Shown piece after piece: positions 59,300-64,000 of a DNA stretch of 64,000 nt. The notes below the pieces were generated by a model. The model ran no database searches, was not told where the DNA came from, and saw nothing but the letters and a program-made list of their open reading frames with translations. A program made the position numbers and the translations under genes. The stretch is from a virus (lineage: Duplodnaviria > Caudoviricetes): positions 1 through 64,000 of IMG/VR virus record IMGVR_UViG_3300033463_000070; one strand, written 5' to 3'. The first letter of the stretch is position 1. Each line of letters opens with the position of its first letter.

Positions 59300-59672
59300 C
59301 TTGTTGCACCTCAATTACATGCGTAAAGTTATCTTCATCCTCTACAGCATTTTCTTTTAAAATCAGACGATATTTTTTACCTATTTCTATTTTATCGTAC
59401 ATTTCTTTTGCTCGTCCGTCTTTATGGTCTAGTATATAATATGTTTTATTTGTATCGAGAGTTATCAGATAATAATCTGATGCATCTCCATTACCAAAAA
59501 ACTTATCAGATACCACACCGGTTTCTGTAGTTATATGTTTACTCGTCACTTCGGTATCTAAAAAAGTAATTCCGAAATAAAGCGAGCAAAAAATAACTAA
59601 AAAAATAATCCAAAAAGCAATACAAAACCTATTATCGTATGCAATTTGTTTAATTTTTTCTTTAAAACTCAT
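59289..59672 (-). CDS. Membrane-anchored protein (N-terminal TM helix, beta-rich ectodomain)
   Basis: FCIAFWIIFLVIFCSLYFGITFL then ETGVVSDK...YYLIT. Confidence 0.6.
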   Translation of the reverse strand: MSFKEKIKQIAYDNRFCIAFWIIFLVIFCSLYFGITFLDTEVTSKHITTETGVVSDKFFGNGDASDYYLITLDTNKTYYILDHKDGRAKEMYDKIEIGKKYRLILKENAVEDEDNFTHVIEVQQVGE

Positions 59673-60315
59673 CTGTCTCACGCTCTATTTTCGCTTGTTC
59701 ACAAGAGTAACATCCATCTACTTCTTGAAAATCAAACTCAATAGAGAATTTTAAATCTTGTAAAAATTTATCATCTAAGAGCTTTATTTCATCATAAATC
59801 TTTTTGATAAATTGATTTTCAATTTTTTCCTCTTTAACAACCTGAGAAAAAACTAAATGATATACTATTTCTATATCATCATTAGGGTAATATTGGTATG
59901 TAACATTTTTAATTGAATTTTTAAAATCTTTTTGAATATTAAAAATTATTTCTGTTATTGAAGTATATTTTTCTGATAATACATTATAATTATCTCTTTG
60001 TTGAATCAATGCTTCAAATAAATCTTGAGTGTGAAACAGCCACAGTATTTTTGCTCCATTCCAGTATTTAAATCTAAATTTATCGTCTCTTATATCAATA
60101 GTTAAAGATGGTAAATCATTTTTTTCATCAATATTTTCGGCTCTAATTTGGTCACTGTACATTACTGTTAAATTAACAAGAAAATTATTTGTATTTAAAT
60201 AATTCATAATCTCTGTTATTTTATCTATACGCTCTTGACAACATAAAAACATACAGATACGTAATTCAATTAAAGTCATATTGGAATTATATTCCTTAAT
60301 AAAATATTCTCCCAT
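59662..60315 (-). CDS. Hypothetical protein
   Basis: ORF track; C-terminal CxxC (CYSC). Confidence 0.5.
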   Translation of the reverse strand: MGEYFIKEYNSNMTLIELRICMFLCCQERIDKITEIMNYLNTNNFLVNLTVMYSDQIRAENIDEKNDLPSLTIDIRDDKFRFKYWNGAKILWLFHTQDLFEALIQQRDNYNVLSEKYTSITEIIFNIQKDFKNSIKNVTYQYYPNDDIEIVYHLVFSQVVKEEKIENQFIKKIYDEIKLLDDKFLQDLKFSIEFDFQEVDGCYSCEQAKIERETDEF

Positions 60316-60446
60316 CATTCTTCCTCTTTTAGATACTCTTGTGCCATTTTAAGGTTGGGATATAATACTTTAATCATATAATCATTAAAATCTTTCATAT
60401 AATGTTCCATAAAGTCTTCCCTTAAACATACGCTTCTATATAACAT
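60315..60446 (-). CDS. 43-aa hypothetical protein (absent from the ORF track)
   Basis: Hand-translated MLYRSVCLREDFMEHYMKDFNDYMIKVLYPNLKMAQEYLKEEE; SD GTGAGG; stop overlaps the next start. Confidence 0.6.
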   Translation of the reverse strand: MLYRSVCLREDFMEHYMKDFNDYMIKVLYPNLKMAQEYLKEEE

Positions 60447-60483
60447 TTACTACCCTCACTGATTATTAATTTTTCTAATATAT

Positions 60484-60789
60484 TTATACTAATATTTTGT
60501 AAAAAAATGATACATGAAAATTATCATCTAAACCTTCAATATATTCATTAATAAAATCTTTATTATCTATATTTTTTTTAATTACACTAGGATGTCTATC
60601 AAAATTTATAATACTATCATAATGCTGATATTGATATTCATTATCTTGTGCTATTTTTTTTAATTTTAAAAAATCTTTTTCATCTAAAATAATATTTTTT
60701 TTATTAAAAATAATATCATGTCTTTCTAAATTTTTTTTTTCATTAGTAAAAACATGATGTTGTAATATCCTACGTAATTTATATTTCAT
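60484..60789 (-). CDS. Hypothetical protein
   Basis: ORF track; ATGA coupling. Confidence 0.5.
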   Translation of the reverse strand: MKYKLRRILQHHVFTNEKKNLERHDIIFNKKNIILDEKDFLKLKKIAQDNEYQYQHYDSIINFDRHPSVIKKNIDNKDFINEYIEGLDDNFHVSFFYKILV

Positions 60790-60926
60790 TTTAACTCCCT
60801 ATTAGATTTTTGCATACAACTTTTAAATCTATTACAATCTGGAGCTGAACACTCTTGGATTGTAATGTCTTTTTCTTTTTTTAAACAATAACATATATCG
60901 TTTTTTAATTTTTCTATTGTATTCAT
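60786..60926 (-). CDS. 46-aa Cys-rich hypothetical protein (absent from the ORF track)
   Basis: Hand-translated MNTIEKLKNDICYCLKKEKDITIQECSAPDCNRFKSCMQKSNRELK; ATGA overlaps at both ends. Confidence 0.65.
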   Translation of the reverse strand: MNTIEKLKNDICYCLKKEKDITIQECSAPDCNRFKSCMQKSNRELK

Positions 60927-61147
60927 TGTATTTCTCCATATTTTGTTATTTTTACTATACTATGATACGGATATTCAATTGATTTTCCAACGTCCATAAA
61001 ACTTATAACATATTCTCCACAATAAATAGAATCTTTATCAAAATCTTCTCCTGCTCCTACACCAAATTGAACACCATCTTGAAATTCAAATGTAATAATA
61101 AGATAACCTTGGATACAATTTTCAATATATTCTCTCCATGATATCAT
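60923..61147 (-). CDS. Hypothetical protein
   Basis: ORF track; TAATG coupling. Confidence 0.55.
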   Translation of the reverse strand: MISWREYIENCIQGYLIITFEFQDGVQFGVGAGEDFDKDSIYCGEYVISFMDVGKSIEYPYHSIVKITKYGEIQ

Positions 61148-61653
61148 TATTCCACCTCATCAAAATATTCAATTAATTGTTTTGCTAATACCATATAATT
61201 TATTTTATTAACATCAAATAAATATATTTTATCATAAGGATTTTTAGGAAAATTTATTTTTCTATTAATTCTATCATCATCAAAATCATTTTTATCAATT
61301 TCTCTTTGTAAATAAATTGTGATGATATTTTCATTTAAAAAATTTTTGTAAATCATTTCATATCCATCTTTATCGATGGTATAAATATTTATTTTATCAT
61401 CAACAAATTGGTCGGCAGTTGCGCAATAAAAAAATCCGGCAATTTCAGTTTTGGCAACTACACCAGCACTTTTTATAGTGTCCTGCATTTTTTCTTTTGA
61501 TAAAAATGTATGACCATATTCGTTTTCTTCACGCATTGGTCTATCTGTGTAGGACAATATTGGATGAAATTGAAATGGAAAACTATCACATAATTGTTTC
61601 ATTAATGTAGTCTTGCCAACACCTGAATCTCCAAACAACAGTAATATTTTCAT
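61147..61653 (-). CDS. gmk: Guanylate kinase-like nucleotide kinase
   Basis: P-loop GDSGVGKTT, SYTDRPMRENE...GHTF, FFYC. Confidence 0.8.
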   Translation of the reverse strand: MKILLLFGDSGVGKTTLMKQLCDSFPFQFHPILSYTDRPMREENEYGHTFLSKEKMQDTIKSAGVVAKTEIAGFFYCATADQFVDDKINIYTIDKDGYEMIYKNFLNENIITIYLQREIDKNDFDDDRINRKINFPKNPYDKIYLFDVNKINYMVLAKQLIEYFDEVE

Positions 61654-62973
61654 TTAATCACCATTATGTTTTTTGTTAATTGCATCCATATGTACAAATA
61701 CATCTTTTGCCACTTTTTTCTTTTCTGGATGTTTGCGTGCAAATATCGACATTAATTCAGATGTTTCTCTTCCCGGATTTTCTAAAACAATAGTTTCACA
61801 AATTTTTTGCATAGATTCAGGAATTGTCACAGCGTTCCATTTTTCAAAAAATAATTTTTCAATTTTTTTCTTTGTTTGTGGATGATTTATTTGTTCTTCT
61901 GTGCAATGTTCTCTAAGATTTTCTATTACATAATTATAATAATGTTTATCATCTTTTTCATATAATTCTTTAATTTGTGACCCATATTCATCAAAATACT
62001 TATAAATTTCTTTTCTAATATATTTTGAGCTAACTTGGTCACTTTGTCGATGCTTTTCTTCAATATCTTTTGGTTTTATTTTAGTATAAAAATCATGACA
62101 TTCATCATTTTGACCAAAAGCAACAACTCCTTCAATAAATAATCTCTTATGCTTTTTATAATAATCATCATTTATCATTTGTAATAAGACTTTAATTGTA
62201 TTAAAACAATTATCTATATTTTCAAAAGACTTAGGAAATTTTGCAGTAAATCTATTATAAAAATATTTTTGATAATATTTTTGTAACAACCAGTTATCCG
62301 GATTTATCAATAGCATAAATTTATCATCATTCTTGATGATTTTAAATAAATTTTTGGGTCTTTCTATACCATAACTATATCTATCTAATCTACGAGAACC
62401 AATCCACCCTCTGCCATAATCATTATCATAATAAATACCTAATAATACCATTTTTAGATATGTATCATAATAATAAATTTCATGTTGATTACGAATACCG
62501 TATAGTTCAACAGCAACAGATGTATTTTCTCCATTACCTTCGAAAATATCTTCAATTGGTTCTAAATCAAGAATTTTCATCATTGATAAAAAGACTTTGT
62601 CTGCTATTGGCATATTTCTTGTTTTTGGGACTATTTCAATAATCCCACCATAATGATTTTGCAATCCATAAAAGACAATATTTGTACCATCTATTTTTTC
62701 ATATAAATAGATGCATTCTTGATATTCATCTATTTCATAAGTATAATATTTATTATTAGGTTCAGGATAATGAATTTTAGGGAATCCTTGAACAAATTGA
62801 CCAGTTTTTTTGCCATTAACTTCTGTTATATACAAGGAACCAAGAAAGTAATTATGTTTTTTACAGATATATCCTTTAATATGGTTTTTTTGAGGAGTGT
62901 CTGTTTCAAATGCCATCAAATGTTTTGGATTCATTCCATTAAAATATCGTTCGCAAATTCCCTTTTTATTCAT
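61654..62973 (-). CDS. ATP-dependent RNA ligase (Rnl-type)
   Basis: GFPKI, motif I EKIDGTN, KTRN, motif III VELYG, motif IV IEGVV, motif V TKIK. Confidence 0.8.
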   Translation of the reverse strand: MNKKGICERYFNGMNPKHLMAFETDTPQKNHIKGYICKKHNYFLGSLYITEVNGKKTGQFVQGFPKIHYPEPNNKYYTYEIDEYQECIYLYEKIDGTNIVFYGLQNHYGGIIEIVPKTRNMPIADKVFLSMMKILDLEPIEDIFEGNGENTSVAVELYGIRNQHEIYYYDTYLKMVLLGIYYDNDYGRGWIGSRRLDRYSYGIERPKNLFKIIKNDDKFMLLINPDNWLLQKYYQKYFYNRFTAKFPKSFENIDNCFNTIKVLLQMINDDYYKKHKRLFIEGVVAFGQNDECHDFYTKIKPKDIEEKHRQSDQVSSKYIRKEIYKYFDEYGSQIKELYEKDDKHYYNYVIENLREHCTEEQINHPQTKKKIEKLFFEKWNAVTIPESMQKICETIVLENPGRETSELMSIFARKHPEKKKVAKDVFVHMDAINKKHNGD

Positions 62974-63282
62974 TTATTCACCATCATTTTCCATCTTTTT
63001 AGCAAATTCTTCATATTCTTTTTTTAAATCTCCAACTCTCATATTGTCAACGTCTTTTTTGTCTAAAATCTGATGATAATATCTTAAAGTAAGAAGATTA
63101 CCCACAACAGTAGCAATCATATCCTCATACTCTTCATCAGTGGAATGTAAAAACTTATCTATATTATCCTTATATTCTTTTTCCCCTACCTCAATCATAG
63201 TCATTAATTCAGGAACTAACATATTTTCTACTTCTTCGATGATTTCTCTTTCATCATCATTCAACTCGTCCATATTTAACAT
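62974..63282 (-). CDS. Acidic hypothetical protein
   Basis: ORF track. Confidence 0.5.
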   Translation of the reverse strand: MLNMDELNDDEREIIEEVENMLVPELMTMIEVGEKEYKDNIDKFLHSTDEEYEDMIATVVGNLLTLRYYHQILDKKDVDNMRVGDLKKEYEEFAKKMENDGE

Positions 63283-63291
63283 AAAGACCCT

Positions 63292-63525
63292 CTATTTAAT
63301 TATAATTTCACCATCATTTAATGATTTACAAATTCCTTCAATTTTAGCTTGAATTTCTTGCCTATTTTCTTCATCAAACTTCATTTCAACAATATCATTA
63401 TGTCGTTTTTTATCAACAATTATTAATCTTTGTCCTCTAATGGTAATTTCGTATCTACAATTATCAGCCAAAAAATCATTCATTGCTTTATCAATATTTA
63501 ATATTAATTTCTCTTCATATGCCAT
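63292..63525 (-). CDS. Hypothetical protein
   Basis: SD AGGTGA; ORF track. Confidence 0.55.
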   Translation of the reverse strand: MAYEEKLILNIDKAMNDFLADNCRYEITIRGQRLIIVDKKRHNDIVEMKFDEENRQEIQAKIEGICKSLNDGEIIIK

Positions 63526-63533
63526 ATTATCAC

Positions 63534-63995
63534 CTAATCTTGAATTTCATCGGTCGGATTTTCAACTACTGGTTGTTCTGTTATTTGTTCTTCCTCTGTG
63601 ATAACTGGTACTAATTGTATAATAACAGCAGACAGATTTTCAGCATTTACTACTTGGGTAGCATTTTCATATCCTTCTTTTGATACAAGAACTTCATAAT
63701 AATCTTGTTGTTGTAAGCCCGAAAGCATACATTCTCCAGTATTACCGGTAATTCCAGTTACATCTCCTATAGTTACTGTAGCTCCCTCAATAGTAAAAGG
63801 CTCTCCTTCTATTAAACATACTACATTCACCCAAGCAGTTATTGATTCCACTTCATCTTCCACTGGAACTTTTACAATCTCTACATATTTAGATATATCC
63901 TGTTTTCTAAGCCATTGTAAAAATTCAGGAATAGTATAATCATAAATAGTAGGCTTTTTTTCAAACAATCCTTTTCTCATATGTCGTTTCATCAT
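63534..63995 (-). CDS. Protein with carboxypeptidase-regulatory/PEGA-like Ig domain
   Basis: IEGATVTIG...TGNTGEC.LSGL....YEVLVSKEGY. Confidence 0.6.
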   Translation of the reverse strand: MMKRHMRKGLFEKKPTIYDYTIPEFLQWLRKQDISKYVEIVKVPVEDEVESITAWVNVVCLIEGEPFTIEGATVTIGDVTGITGNTGECMLSGLQQQDYYEVLVSKEGYENATQVVNAENLSAVIIQLVPVITEEEQITEQPVVENPTDEIQD

Positions 63996-64000
63996 TAATA

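Noticed and set aside
1806-63352. Many 60-145 aa antisense or nested ORFs in the track (e.g. 27153-27500, 55277-55621, 57657-58094, 40194-40394)
   Set aside because: They lie wholly within well-supported genes, lack SD motifs, and have the biased composition expected of shadow frames.
40191-64000. TIGR, CRISPR or tRNA arrays in intergenic gaps
   Set aside because: All gaps are under 180 bp and are explained by small ORFs (60315-60446, 60786-60926), promoters or terminators; I saw no periodic repeat-spacer pattern or cloverleaf.

Overview
This AT-rich window is a fragment of a large tailed dsDNA virus (or provirus) of a pseudomurein-walled gut methanogen (Methanobacteriales, most likely Methanobrevibacter-like). 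The host call rests on a pseudomurein-binding C39 endoisopeptidase, GGAI/FxxN adhesin repeats, an HMf-type histone, an archaeo-eukaryotic primase, BRE-TATA promoters, GGTGA/GGAGG ribosome-binding sites and a bile-salt-hydrolase homologue. From 1 to 40190 (+) is a late structural block: about 12 modular fibre/adhesin genes, four giant tail/baseplate-like proteins and a holin-like gene. From 40187 to 57200 (-) is a block with histone, rubrerythrin, NrdD, dUTPase, an IS110/Nop-domain (TasA-like) protein, XPF nuclease, PriS-PriL fusion primase, Cas4-like nuclease, ThyA, a split bacterial-type DnaE flanked by two GIY-YIG endonucleases, and a Sak4-like ATPase. Two + strand genes follow at 57297-58128, then a - strand accessory block with guanylate kinase and RNA ligase. 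I saw no capsid, portal, large terminase, integrase, tRNA, CRISPR array or reverse transcriptase. Best leads: (1) a split family-C polymerase paired with an archaeal primase; (2) a nuclease-less Nop/IS110-derived protein locked into the replication operon next to XPF, with no guide array visible in the window; (3) a bile salt hydrolase inside the tail-fibre cluster; (4) a viral histone; (5) codon-level avoidance of GATC and CCWGG. All family calls are by motif recognition, not database search.
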